From the sequence record DRR378314_95: a stretch of DNA of 27,215 nucleotides; one strand, given 5' to 3'. Below are positions 16,935 through 26,501 of the stretch, in pieces. Position 1 is the first letter of the stretch. Every line of letters begins with the position of its first letter. The position numbers and the translations under genes were made by a program. The notes beneath the pieces are model-generated. The model did not search any database, was not told where the DNA came from, and saw only the letters and a program-made list of their open reading frames with translations.

Positions 16935-17750
16935 CTAGCCGGCGAACGCCTTCTCGATCACGAATTGTGCCGGCGATGCATTCGACCCTTCGGTCAGGCC
17001 TGCCTTCAGCATCAGATCCTTCACGTCCTGGATCATTTCCATGGAGCCACAGATCATGACGCGATCCGTTTCCGGATTGAGCGGCGGCACGCCGAGATCC
17101 TCAAACAGTTTCCCGCTTTCTATCAGATCCGTGATGCGGCCCTTGTACTCATAGTCTTCCCGCGTGCAGCTGCCATAGCGGCGCAGCTTGCCTTGCGCGA
17201 GTTCGCCGAGGAATTCGTGGTTCAGCGTCTCTTCGACAATTTCCTTGGAATAATCGAGTTCAGCAGCTTCACGGCAGGTGTGTGTGACGATGACTTCGTC
17301 GAATTTCTCATAGGTTTCCGGGTCGCGCACAACGCTGGCAAACGGCGCGAAGCCTGTACCGGTGGAGAAACAATAAAGCCTTTTGCCTGGTACCAGTGCG
17401 TCATGCACCAGTGTGCCAGTCGGCTTTTTGCCGAGCAGAACCTTGTCTCCCGGTTGAATGGCCTGAAGGCGCGACGTCAGCGGACCATCCGGCACCTTGA
17501 TGGAATAGAACTCCAATTCTTCATCCCAGCTCGGGCTGGCGATTGAATAGGCGCGCAGAAGCGGACGGCCGTCATCCTTGTAAAGCCCAATCATGACAAA
17601 CTCACCAGACCGGAAACGGAAGCTCGACGGACGGGTCAGCCGGAACCGGAAAAGCCGGTCGGTATAGTGCTTCACCTCCAGAACCGTTTCTTCGGTCGGG
17701 GCGTTGGGGCTTACCTTTTTGGCGGCAACAGGCGTCGCATCTGCAGTCAT
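16935..17750 (-). CDS. fpr: Ferredoxin--NADP+ reductase (bacterial subclass I)
   Basis: LLRAYSIAS, GPLTSRL, TGTGFAPF, VMICGS, FVIEKAF. Confidence 0.95.
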   Translation of the reverse strand: MTADATPVAAKKVSPNAPTEETVLEVKHYTDRLFRFRLTRPSSFRFRSGEFVMIGLYKDDGRPLLRAYSIASPSWDEELEFYSIKVPDGPLTSRLQAIQPGDKVLLGKKPTGTLVHDALVPGKRLYCFSTGTGFAPFASVVRDPETYEKFDEVIVTHTCREAAELDYSKEIVEETLNHEFLGELAQGKLRRYGSCTREDYEYKGRITDLIESGKLFEDLGVPPLNPETDRVMICGSMEMIQDVKDLMLKAGLTEGSNASPAQFVIEKAFAG

Positions 17751-17852
17751 ATCAGGGCATCTCGCTCTTGCATTTCGTTCGCAGCGTCACATGACGTGTG
17801 GTTGCGAAGAATGCAATGCTGCACATGAACTATTGAGTTTTACTGAAGAGTC

Positions 17853-18386
17853 TCAGCGCTGCGATGTCTGGAATGGTGTGTCACCAGCGACCCACGCGAT
17901 CTTTGGATCAGACAGCGAATACGCACCCTCAAGCTCATAGATATCTTGATACCCGTAGCCGTAGAGGTTGATGAATGTGGGAACGTTCAGTGCAAGTTCG
18001 ATCCGCTTCACAGGAACGGGCGCCACATTGTCGGTGAAGTTGTTATTGCAATAGATCAGGATGCGCGTGTCCCTAGATGGAATAACCTTGGCGAGCTTGT
18101 CGTCCGTAAAATCAGAAAAGTTCAGGTGGATCGCGCCGTCGATGTGACCCATTTCGAACGCGTCAGCGCTGCGCGTGTCCAGAATGATTGTGTCCTGATC
18201 GGTCTTCATCTCATTGAACGTATCGAGATCAACCAGACGCGAGGCGCGGTACTCGGAGACCTCAGCAGTCAGGCCGAGGAAACCGTCATAGTCGACCTGG
18301 CTTTCCTGTGCTTGTGCCATCAGCCCACAGCCAATGAACGCTGCAAGCGTAATCAGGCCGAGAATTGCATTTCCTTTGACACCCAT
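17853..18386 (-). CDS. Exported rhodanese-like protein
   Basis: Signal peptide (AQA|Q), ILDTRSADAFEMGHIDGAIHL, ILIYCNNNF; AAGGA SD before ATG 18386. Confidence 0.85.
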   Translation of the reverse strand: MGVKGNAILGLITLAAFIGCGLMAQAQESQVDYDGFLGLTAEVSEYRASRLVDLDTFNEMKTDQDTIILDTRSADAFEMGHIDGAIHLNFSDFTDDKLAKVIPSRDTRILIYCNNNFTDNVAPVPVKRIELALNVPTFINLYGYGYQDIYELEGAYSLSDPKIAWVAGDTPFQTSQR

Positions 18387-18484
18387 GGCGCCAATCCTTT
18401 CCGCATACCTCCCCACACTACACGAACAGGATTACCGCGAATTAAGGCGGGAATGGGCAATTTGAATGAGTTTACTAAGGCTAT

Positions 18485-19384
18485 TCAGGCCCGGGGGTGC
18501 GCCGCAGAGTGCACATCCCTCAAGCGGGTCGCATCCACACCCGTATACACTTGCGTGGTAGACAGCGACGCGTGCCCGAGCAGCGTCTGGATCGCGCGAA
18601 GGTCCGCCCCCGCCGCAAGCAGGTGTGTCGCGAAAGCGTGACGCAGGGCATGCGGGGTCGCCGTCGATGGCAGCCCGAGAACAGCGCGAAGCTTCTGGAC
18701 CAGTCCTTGAATGAGGCGCGGATTGAGCGCACCTCCCTTCGCGCCGCGAAACAGAGCATCGCTGCGCCCCAGATTGTAGGGACACAAACCTGCATACGCG
18801 TCCACGGCTTCCCGCACGACTGGAATAAGCGGCACAATACGCACCTTTCCGCCCTTGCCTGTGATCCTCAAACGCTCCGGCAGAGGAATGTCTGCACCCG
18901 TCAGGCTGAGGGCCTCAGAGATGCGGAGCCCGGCCCCGTAAAGCAGAGACAGCACGGCCGCATCACGCGCATTGATCCAGGCTTCGGAATCCGGATCAGT
19001 TCCCGCCTCTGCGATCAGGTCCTTAGCCGCCTCAACCGACACCGGACGGGGCAGGCGTTGCGGACGTTTCGGTCCTTGCAGATAGGCGATCTCCGCATTC
19101 TCGATGTCATACGTTCTGCCGAGCCAGCGATAGAGCGCCTTGATAGACGACAGCAGCCGCGCAATGGAGGCATCTGACAAACCATCCCGGCGACGATGCG
19201 CCAGAAACGACCGCACATCGCGCGCCCGCAAATTACCCAGCCGCTGCGGCGTTGGCGGCTCTCCAAGATGTTGCGTCAGAAAGCCGAAAAAGCCTGCAAG
19301 GTCGCTTTGGTAGGCTTCGACGGTCTTGTCAGCCATCCGGCGTTCATCCGTGAGATAGGCGACGAAGGCAGCAAGCGTTTCCAT
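18485..19384 (-). CDS. xerC: Tyrosine recombinase XerC
   Basis: SAM-like N-domain, LYGAGLRISEA, GKGGKVR, TPHALRHAFATHLL, LLGHASLSTTQVYT; 299 aa. Confidence 0.9.
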   Translation of the reverse strand: METLAAFVAYLTDERRMADKTVEAYQSDLAGFFGFLTQHLGEPPTPQRLGNLRARDVRSFLAHRRRDGLSDASIARLLSSIKALYRWLGRTYDIENAEIAYLQGPKRPQRLPRPVSVEAAKDLIAEAGTDPDSEAWINARDAAVLSLLYGAGLRISEALSLTGADIPLPERLRITGKGGKVRIVPLIPVVREAVDAYAGLCPYNLGRSDALFRGAKGGALNPRLIQGLVQKLRAVLGLPSTATPHALRHAFATHLLAAGADLRAIQTLLGHASLSTTQVYTGVDATRLRDVHSAAHPRA

Positions 19385-19438
19385 ACGAGCAGTGTGCCCG
19401 CACGATCTTAACTTTGCCTTTCGCGGGGGAGACGCCCT

Positions 19439-20149
19439 TCAGGGCTCGATGCGCTTCCCCGCCCAGTCGAACACATGCCCGCTGTCACGCGCGCGCAAGC
19501 CTTCGATGACATCAAGCAAATAGCTTGCGCACTGTTCCGGTGAAAATAGTTGCGTGTCCGGCACGTTCGACTGGAACGGTTCGGAAAGTCCGGTATCGAC
19601 CGTACCCGGATGCAGCCCGACACAGATAGACTCGTCATTCTTTCGGGCGCTCTCGATCGCATAGTTCCGGATCAGCATGTTCAGAGCCGCTTTCGACGCT
19701 CGATAGGCATGCCAGCCTCCCAGGCGATTGTCGCTGATGGAGCCGACGCGTGCAGACAAGGGCGCAAACACCCATCGCCCCGACCGCGGCATCTCGCCCA
19801 GCACATGCTTGGCAATGAGAGCAGGCGCAATCGTGTTTGCGGCGAATATCTTCTCGAACGCATCGCGGCTTTGATGGCGGTAGGATTTTTCAGGCTGAAG
19901 CCCCTCCCCGGCATGAAGCAGGCCAATCGCGACAATACAGAGTCGAATGTCACCTGCGCCTGCAATCTCCTTGAGAGCCGTCCTCAGGGAGCCTTCGTCC
20001 AGTGCGTCAGCCGTCACCCCGAGCGCCCCATCCGGCGCGGTGCCTGTCCGGGAGACGCCGAATACCGTGTCGTGCTGACCTCGATGAACAAGCTGTGCTG
20101 TCAGGGCGCGGCCGATCCCGCCATTCGATCCGAATACAATTGCGTTCAT
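19439..20149 (-). CDS. SDR-family oxidoreductase (CsgA/C-factor-like subgroup)
   Basis: GSNGGIG, SARVGSISDNRLGGWHAYRASKAALNM, LHPGTVDT. Confidence 0.92.
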   Translation of the reverse strand: MNAIVFGSNGGIGRALTAQLVHRGQHDTVFGVSRTGTAPDGALGVTADALDEGSLRTALKEIAGAGDIRLCIVAIGLLHAGEGLQPEKSYRHQSRDAFEKIFAANTIAPALIAKHVLGEMPRSGRWVFAPLSARVGSISDNRLGGWHAYRASKAALNMLIRNYAIESARKNDESICVGLHPGTVDTGLSEPFQSNVPDTQLFSPEQCASYLLDVIEGLRARDSGHVFDWAGKRIEP

Positions 20150-20182
20150 GCAGTCGGATCTAGAGTGCGAAGGCGTGGAGGC

Positions 20183-20215
20183 AAAAAAGAAGGGCGACCA
20201 ATCAGGCCGCCCTTC
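20183..20215 (-). terminator. Intrinsic terminator downstream of mscL
   Basis: Minus strand GAAGGGCG-loop-CGCCCTTC-TTTTTT. Confidence 0.85.
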
Positions 20216-20294
20216 ACTACTCTACCTGTACTCTACTATCCATGAAGATAAGCATACTGAGCTTAACCCTTCATGAATGAGGTAACGCGAACCC

Positions 20295-20705
20295 TTAGCT
20301 CTGTTTGGCGAGCAGGTTGCGAATTTCTTCCAGAAGCACTTCCTGGCGCGGTGGCGCAGCCGGTGCAGCTTCCTCTTCCTTTTTCTGCATGCTGTTCATG
20401 CCCTTGATAATCAGGAACATGACGAACGCAACGATGATGAACGAGATCAGCGCGGCGATGAATGCGCCCAGCTCAACGATCGCGGCCTCTTTGACCACTT
20501 CGCCAGCTTCGTTCAGCTCGGCCGGAGAAATCGTGTAGGTCAGAGCCGACAGGTCGATGCCGCCCATGACCGGTGCCAGAATCGGTAGAAACACGCCCTG
20601 AATGAAAGCCGTGACAACCGTAGCGAATGCGCCGCCCATGACGAAGCCAACCGCCATGTCGACCAGATTGCCTTTCATGGCAAACTCTTTGAATTCCTTA
20701 AGCAT
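20295..20705 (-). CDS. mscL: Large-conductance mechanosensitive channel
   Basis: MLKEFKEFAMKGNLVDMAVGFVMGGAF, FIIVAFVMFLIIK, LLEEIRNLL. Confidence 0.96.
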   Translation of the reverse strand: MLKEFKEFAMKGNLVDMAVGFVMGGAFATVVTAFIQGVFLPILAPVMGGIDLSALTYTISPAELNEAGEVVKEAAIVELGAFIAALISFIIVAFVMFLIIKGMNSMQKKEEEAAPAAPPRQEVLLEEIRNLLAKQS

Positions 20706-20811
20706 TGTGCGCCCCTTTCCCTTGCCTTGGATATTTCAGCGTAGACGCAAATAGGCAGAGAATTTGCCGGGCGCGTCAAGACGCCACACTCAGTTAACGC
20801 TGCTATGGGGC

Positions 20812-21111
20812 TTAGCGCGCTTCGGGGTCCTCGCCGCCATTCACGCGGGCGCGAAGCTCCTTGCCAGCCTTGAAGAACGGGACCGATTTCGCCGGCACTT
20901 CGACAGACTCACCCGTGCGGGGATTACGCCCCTTGCGGGCCTCTCGTTGCCGGACCGAGAATGCACCAAAGCCCCTCAGCTCGACACGATCCCCCCGTGC
21001 GAGCGCGGAGCCGATCTCGTCAAGAATAACATTGACCACCCGCTCCAGATCTTCCTGGCGCAGGTGACTGTATTCGACAGCGAGTTTTGCAATCAATTCG
21101 GACTTCAGCAT
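20812..21111 (-). CDS. ihfB: Integration host factor beta subunit
   Basis: [43 protein letters not shown]; downstream of rpsA; ATG 21111. Confidence 0.96.
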   Translation of the reverse strand: MLKSELIAKLAVEYSHLRQEDLERVVNVILDEIGSALARGDRVELRGFGAFSVRQREARKGRNPRTGESVEVPAKSVPFFKAGKELRARVNGGEDPEAR

Positions 21112-21130
21112 GTCGTTGATATTAAACGCA

Positions 21131-21163
21131 TTTGCGGCGGGAGCGCTAGGCCCCCGCCGCAAA
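21131..21163. repeat. 11-bp inverted repeat between rpsA and ihfB
   Basis: TTTGCGGCGGG-N11-CCCGCCGCAAA; no U-tract in the sense direction. Confidence 0.7.
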
Positions 21164-21209
21164 CATTTCATCAATTTTAGATTATGATCCAACGGTCGGA
21201 TCAATCACC

Positions 21210-23210
21210 TCAGCTGTCAGCCAGTTCAGCGGATTGAGCTTTCCACTCAGCGCCTTTTCCAGACGTGCCAACTTCCTCTTCGAGGGTCGCCAGCTGAGCG
21301 TCTGTCAGCGCAGCGATCTGCCAGAAATGGTAGATGCCAGCTTCGTTCAGCTTCTTCTCGAAGGCCGGTCCGACGCCTTTGATCTGCTTCAGATCGTCGG
21401 CATCGCCCTGGGCTGCGGACAGGCGGCCATTCTCGTCGAGCGCAGACGCGTCGGCAGTTGCCTTGCCATCTGTGCTTGGCGGAGTTGGCGTAACCTTCTC
21501 GGAAGTTTCCTTGGCACCGCCGGACGAAGCCAGGGCTGCGCCGAGGATGTCGCCGAGCGACGCACCGGCGTCTGCCGATCCGTATTGTGCAACGGCTTCT
21601 GCCTCTTCCGCGATTTCGAGGGCCTTGATCGACAGGGATACGCGGCGGGACGAACGGTCCACCGAGATCACTTTCGCGTCGACCTTGTCGCCTACAGCGA
21701 AGCGTTCCGGACGCTGGTCCGCACGATCACGGGACAGGTCAGAGCGACGGATGAAGGATTTCATCGCCGGGGAGCCGAATTCGACTTCGACACCGCCAGA
21801 GGTGACTTCCGTAACCGTACAGGTGACGGTCGAACCGCGTTTCACGCCTGCACCGCCATCTGCCGGGGCCTCGATCGGGTCACCAGACAGTTGCTTGATG
21901 CCGAGCGAGATGCGCTCTTTGTCAACGTCAACGTCGAGGACTTTCGCCTTGACGATGTCGCCCTTGTTGAAGGCTTCGATGGCTTGCTCGCCGGATTTGT
22001 CCCAGGCGATGTCGTTGATGTGCACCATGCCGTCGAGGTCCGGGCCGAGGCCAACGAACAGACCGAATTCGGTGATGCCACGAACTTCGCCTTCGATTTC
22101 CGTGCCGACCGGATGCTCTGCAAGGAAGGCGGTCCACGGGTTGTCCATGGTCTGCTTCAGGCCGAGCGAGATGCGGCGCTTCTCGGAATCGACGTCCAGG
22201 ACTTCCACATCGACTTCCTGAGAGGTCGACAGGATCTTGCCCGGATGGACGTTTTTCTTGGTCCAACTCATTTCGGAAACGTGGATCAGGCCTTCGACAC
22301 CATCTTCCAGCTCCACGAAGGCGCCGTAATCGGTGATGTTGGTGACCTGGCCCTTGAGGCGTGCGCCGACCGGATAGCGGACGTCGATGCCGTCCCACGG
22401 GTCGGAACCGAGTTGCTTCATGCCAAGCGAAATACGCTGGGTTTCCGGGTTGATCTTGATGATCTGGACTTCAACTTCCTGACCAACTTCCACAACCTGG
22501 CTCGGATGGTTGATGCGCTTCCAGCTCATGTCCGTGACGTGCAGCAGGCCATCGATGCCGCCGAGATCAACGAACGCACCGTAATCGGTGATGTTCTTGA
22601 CGATACCCTTGCGAACGTCGCCTTCCGCCATGTCGGAAACGATTTCTGCGCGCTGTTCGGCGCGGCTCTCTTCGAGGATGGCGCGGCGGGAAACAACGAT
22701 GTTGCCACGTGCGCGGTCCAGCTTGAGGATCTGGAAGGGCTGAATTTCGCCCATGAGCGGGCCTACGTCGCGAACCGGGCGGATGTCCACCTGGCTGCCC
22801 GGCAGGAACGCATTCACGCCGCCCAGGTCGACTGTGAAGCCACCTTTGACGCGGCCGGAAATTGCACCTTTGACGGGCTCTTCGGCGTTGAAGCTCTTCT
22901 CGAGCTTGATCCAACGCTCTTCGCGGCGAGCCTTGTCACGGGACAGGACAGCGTCGCCAAGGGCGTTTTCGATGCGATCAAGGTAGACATCGACGATGTC
23001 GCCGGGGGCCGGCTCCTTGTCTTCCATCGAGAATTCTTTGACCGGGATACGGCCTTCGGTCTTCAGACCGATATCAACCAGCACCGCGTCATTATCGATA
23101 CGAATAACGGTTGCCGGGATGACCTGACCTTCCTGCATTGCGCTGGCGGCCGTGGACGATTCGAACATTGCTGCGAAATCGTCGGTCGTTGGATTGAAAC
23201 TATCAGACAT
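21210..23210 (-). CDS. rpsA: 30S ribosomal protein S1 with C-terminal HhH-domain extension
   Basis: Six S1 repeats ([26 protein letters not shown] etc.), normal end [12 protein letters not shown], then about 105 extra residues; ATG 23210. Confidence 0.97.
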   Translation of the reverse strand: MSDSFNPTTDDFAAMFESSTAASAMQEGQVIPATVIRIDNDAVLVDIGLKTEGRIPVKEFSMEDKEPAPGDIVDVYLDRIENALGDAVLSRDKARREERWIKLEKSFNAEEPVKGAISGRVKGGFTVDLGGVNAFLPGSQVDIRPVRDVGPLMGEIQPFQILKLDRARGNIVVSRRAILEESRAEQRAEIVSDMAEGDVRKGIVKNITDYGAFVDLGGIDGLLHVTDMSWKRINHPSQVVEVGQEVEVQIIKINPETQRISLGMKQLGSDPWDGIDVRYPVGARLKGQVTNITDYGAFVELEDGVEGLIHVSEMSWTKKNVHPGKILSTSQEVDVEVLDVDSEKRRISLGLKQTMDNPWTAFLAEHPVGTEIEGEVRGITEFGLFVGLGPDLDGMVHINDIAWDKSGEQAIEAFNKGDIVKAKVLDVDVDKERISLGIKQLSGDPIEAPADGGAGVKRGSTVTCTVTEVTSGGVEVEFGSPAMKSFIRRSDLSRDRADQRPERFAVGDKVDAKVISVDRSSRRVSLSIKALEIAEEAEAVAQYGSADAGASLGDILGAALASSGGAKETSEKVTPTPPSTDGKATADASALDENGRLSAAQGDADDLKQIKGVGPAFEKKLNEAGIYHFWQIAALTDAQLATLEEEVGTSGKGAEWKAQSAELADS

Positions 23211-23359
23211 TTGGGTTCCTTCGGGCGGGTCGAACGGCTCAAGGCAGACGTGCACTATTGCAGCCTGCTCAGAACGACCCGAGAGCGTGGTCTCTTTGAA
23301 TTTGAAGTGGTGCGGCCTGTTTGGATTTGAGGTGCCCCCAATTTGGAGGAGCAGCCCCT

Positions 23360-23998
23360 TCAGGCGCGGTTTCCACGGGCAATCGCTGCCTCAACAGCCG
23401 CAATCGCCTTTTCCACTGCGGCCTCTATAGTCAGGTCGCTTGTATCGATCAAGACAGCATCTGCCGCCATTTCCGCAGGGGCGTCCTTGCGGGACTGGTC
23501 TCGCTGGTCGCGCGCGCGCAGCTGTTCGATGACTTCTTCGAGAGTCAGGTCACTTCCCTGCCCCTGCAATTCCTTCCAGCGCCGCTCTCCACGCACTTCA
23601 ACGCGGGCATCCACCCAGAGCTTTGCATCGGCCTCCGGCGCAATCACTGTCCCGATGTCGCGGCCATCCAGAAGCGCCCCGATGGGCTGGGTGGCGAATG
23701 CCCGTTGCAGCTCGAACAATGCCTGTCTTACATCCGGAATTGCGGCGACCACACTCGCTGCCTTGCCCGCGTCAGCCGTACGCAGGTCCGCTTCGTCGAA
23801 GCTGGCAAGATCCAGATGGCGCGCAACATGAGCGACTGCGTCCGGGTCCGTCAGATCGACGCCAGCGCGAAGCGCGGCGACGCCCGTCGCCCGGTACAGC
23901 CGTCCGGTATCCATGTGCGGCAAACCGTAATGAGCCGACAGGCGCTTGGAAATCGTGCCCTTGCCTGAAGCGGTGGTTCCATCAATCGCAATAATCAT
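23360..23998 (-). CDS. cmk: Cytidylate kinase
   Basis: IAIDGTTASGKGT P-loop, DTGRLYRA, DGRDIGTVIAP, RDQRDQSR; upstream of rpsA. Confidence 0.96.
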   Translation of the reverse strand: MIIAIDGTTASGKGTISKRLSAHYGLPHMDTGRLYRATGVAALRAGVDLTDPDAVAHVARHLDLASFDEADLRTADAGKAASVVAAIPDVRQALFELQRAFATQPIGALLDGRDIGTVIAPEADAKLWVDARVEVRGERRWKELQGQGSDLTLEEVIEQLRARDQRDQSRKDAPAEMAADAVLIDTSDLTIEAAVEKAIAAVEAAIARGNRA

Positions 23999-24031
23999 GG
24001 GGGCGGGAAGTGAGCGATCCCGCCAGTCAAG

Positions 24032-25126
24032 TCAAGCAGGCTCAGCCGCTGGCGCTTCCACAAAGCCTTTCCAACCGCTCATATAGTCGATGAAGCTTTC
24101 CCCAAGCCCTTCGCGGCGGAGATGATCACGTGACACCGGAAGTGTTGCAGGCTCAAAATCCGGATCGGCGGCGACTTTCTCTGGAAAGTCATGATGCAGG
24201 ATCGCGCCGCGACCAATCACGACAAAATCCAGTCCTGCCTCTATCGCTGCGTGACATTTCGCGCCGGTCAGCAGCTTTCCAGCTGCGCCAAGACGAACAT
24301 TTCCGCGCGGCAAATCCGTGAACCAGTCCACAAGACGGCGCTCCTGATACGCCTCGTCAGCCGGCAGCTTGAAGACATCCCACAAGGACATGTCGAGATA
24401 ATCGATCTTTCCATCTGCCATCACGCGGCGCGCCACTTCGCGCACCTCGCCGAGATCCATACCGAACCGCTCCGGCGACAGGCGCAGGCCCAACGAGAAA
24501 TTCTCACCGCAAGCGGCGCGGATGCCATCAATGATTTCGAAGGTGAGCCGGGCACGATTATCCAGGCTGCCGCCATAGGCGTCATCGCGCTTGTTGATCT
24601 CGGCGCTCAGGAACTGGCACAGCAGGTATCCGTGGGCACCATGCACCTCAACGCCGTGGAACCCAGCAGCTTCACAGCGCACAGCCGCCGCAATGAAATC
24701 ATCGCGAACTTTCTCGACCTCAGCGAGGGTCATCGCCCGAGCATCGAACTCTTCATTGTCCGACGGACAAACCGGCTTGCCCTCAATCAGATCGTGCGGC
24801 GTGCGCATACCTGCATGGTGAAGCTGGACGACCGAGTGACTGCCTTCCGCGTTAATCCTGGCCGCAAGCTCCCGCAGGCCGGGAAGGTGGGCGTCATCAA
24901 AACATCCAAGCTGGCCCGGAAAGCCGATTCCGTGCGGATCAATCTGGGCCGCTGCGGTCATGGTCAGGCCAAAGCCGCCCTCAGCCCGCATGGAGAGCCA
25001 GCGGATCTCGTCTGCACTGAGCGTGCCGTCGGCATGGCTCTGCTGGTTGGTGAGAGGAGCAAGTACGAAACGGTTCTTGAGGGCAGGCCCCAGAGAAAAC
25101 GCGAGGGGAGAAGTCAGATCAGTCAT
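24032..25126 (-). CDS. NADH:flavin oxidoreductase (Old Yellow Enzyme family)
   Basis: LKNRFVLAPLT, VQLHHAG, GVEVHGAHGYLLCQFLS, NKRDDAYGGSLDNRAR. Confidence 0.93.
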   Translation of the reverse strand: MTDLTSPLAFSLGPALKNRFVLAPLTNQQSHADGTLSADEIRWLSMRAEGGFGLTMTAAAQIDPHGIGFPGQLGCFDDAHLPGLRELAARINAEGSHSVVQLHHAGMRTPHDLIEGKPVCPSDNEEFDARAMTLAEVEKVRDDFIAAAVRCEAAGFHGVEVHGAHGYLLCQFLSAEINKRDDAYGGSLDNRARLTFEIIDGIRAACGENFSLGLRLSPERFGMDLGEVREVARRVMADGKIDYLDMSLWDVFKLPADEAYQERRLVDWFTDLPRGNVRLGAAGKLLTGAKCHAAIEAGLDFVVIGRGAILHHDFPEKVAADPDFEPATLPVSRDHLRREGLGESFIDYMSGWKGFVEAPAAEPA

Positions 25127-25178
25127 GATCTGTACTTTGCCGCCCCGCGTTCTGTCGTCAATTTTGACCTAGCGGCAA

Positions 25179-26501
25179 TCAGCCTTCCGAAATATCCGCG
25201 CCAAGCTCTGCCATGTGACTGAGAAAGTCCGGATAGCTGGTCGCAATCATGGAGATATCGTCCACGCTGACCGGATTCTGCGACGCTGTGCCCATGACCA
25301 GCGCGCTCATGGCGATCCGATGGTCATGCCGCGTTTCCACAAGGCCGCCCCCTGGCGGAGGGCCACCACAGCCCTGAACGGCAAATCCGTCCGGGCGCTC
25401 TTCGGCGTCAACACCATTGGCCCGCAGCATGGCGACCACCGCGCCAATGCGGTCGGATTCCTTTACGCGTAATTCCTCCGCGCCGGTAACAACCGTCTCA
25501 CCTTCAGCAAAGGCAGCCAGCACACCAAGGATCGGGAATTCGTCGATCATTGAAGGGACCAGACGCTCAGGCACGGGTTTTCCGCTCAATTGCGCAGATC
25601 CGGCATGCACATTGATCAACCGCTCCCCTGCTGCATCGCCCATCTCTTCTGCGCCCAGATGTGCGCCCATCAGGTTGACCACATCATAGAAACCCGACCG
25701 GGTCGGATTGGACATGATGCCCTCGACCATGACGTCCCCTTGCGGTGACAGAATGCCCGCCGCGACAAGAAATGCTGCGGAGGAGGGATCGCCGGGGATG
25801 GCAGCGTCAATCGCAGTCAGCTTTTGCCCACCTTCCAGGGACACGCGAACGCCTTCGGCCCCCAACCGCTCTGTTCCCACAGTGACACCAAATCCGCGCA
25901 GCATGCGTTCCGTATGGTCTCGGGTCTGACGAGCCTCTTCAACAATCGTTGTGCCATCTGCGTTCAGGCCCGCAAGCAACACGGCCGATTTCACCTGAGC
26001 AGATGCGACCGGCGGTACATAGGTGATCGCCTTCAGGCTTTCTGTGCCAACAATTGCGAAGGGCAACTGGCCATCCGGCCCTGCCGTATCGAGCCCGCGC
26101 ATCATGCGCAGCGGTTTCAGGATCCGATTCATCGGGCGTGAGCGAAGGCTTTCGTCTCCGGTCATCTCGACATTGATGGGATAGCCAGACACCAGGCCCA
26201 TCATCAGGCGAGAGCCTGTGCCTGAATTGCCGAAGTCGAGATCTTTTTCCGGCTGGCTCAGTCCTTTTTCGCCCACACCGATCACTTCCCATGCACCGGG
26301 GCCAGTCTGCTTTACAGTCGCGCCGAGCGCTTCCATGGCCCAGCCTGTACGCAGGACATCTTCGCCTTCGAGAAGGCCGGTAAATCGGCTGGTTCCTGCT
26401 GCAAGTCCGCCAAAGATGAGGGCACGATGTGAACAAGATTTGTCACCCGGCGCGCGGATGTTGCCTTTGAGAGCTTTAACGGGTCGGCTGGTCCAGACCA
26501 T
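25179..26501 (-). CDS. aroA: 3-phosphoshikimate 1-carboxyvinyltransferase (EPSP synthase, class II-like)
   Basis: PGDKSCSHRA, DFGNSGT, ASAQVKS, RDHTERML, ELRVKESDRI, DHRIAMS. Start ATG 26501, or GTG 26531. Confidence 0.96.
   Translation of the reverse strand: MVWTSRPVKALKGNIRAPGDKSCSHRALIFGGLAAGTSRFTGLLEGEDVLRTGWAMEALGATVKQTGPGAWEVIGVGEKGLSQPEKDLDFGNSGTGSRLMMGLVSGYPINVEMTGDESLRSRPMNRILKPLRMMRGLDTAGPDGQLPFAIVGTESLKAITYVPPVASAQVKSAVLLAGLNADGTTIVEEARQTRDHTERMLRGFGVTVGTERLGAEGVRVSLEGGQKLTAIDAAIPGDPSSAAFLVAAGILSPQGDVMVEGIMSNPTRSGFYDVVNLMGAHLGAEEMGDAAGERLINVHAGSAQLSGKPVPERLVPSMIDEFPILGVLAAFAEGETVVTGAEELRVKESDRIGAVVAMLRANGVDAEERPDGFAVQGCGGPPPGGGLVETRHDHRIAMSALVMGTASQNPVSVDDISMIATSYPDFLSHMAELGADISEG

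Noticed and set aside
18485-19384. Tyrosine recombinase as a possible prophage or island integrase
   Set aside because: Length and motifs fit housekeeping XerC; no att-like repeats, phage or mobility genes nearby.
19439-20149. CsgA-like SDR as a developmental C-signal
   Set aside because: This SDR subgroup is widespread; nothing in the context suggests signalling.
21234-23330. 698-aa plus-strand ORF antisense to rpsA (likewise 12574-13995 opposite lpdA, 6694-7764 opposite hbd, 8440-9237 opposite etfA, 24191-25222 opposite OYE)
   Set aside because: Antisense shadows of GC-rich, codon-biased genes; no recognisable motifs.
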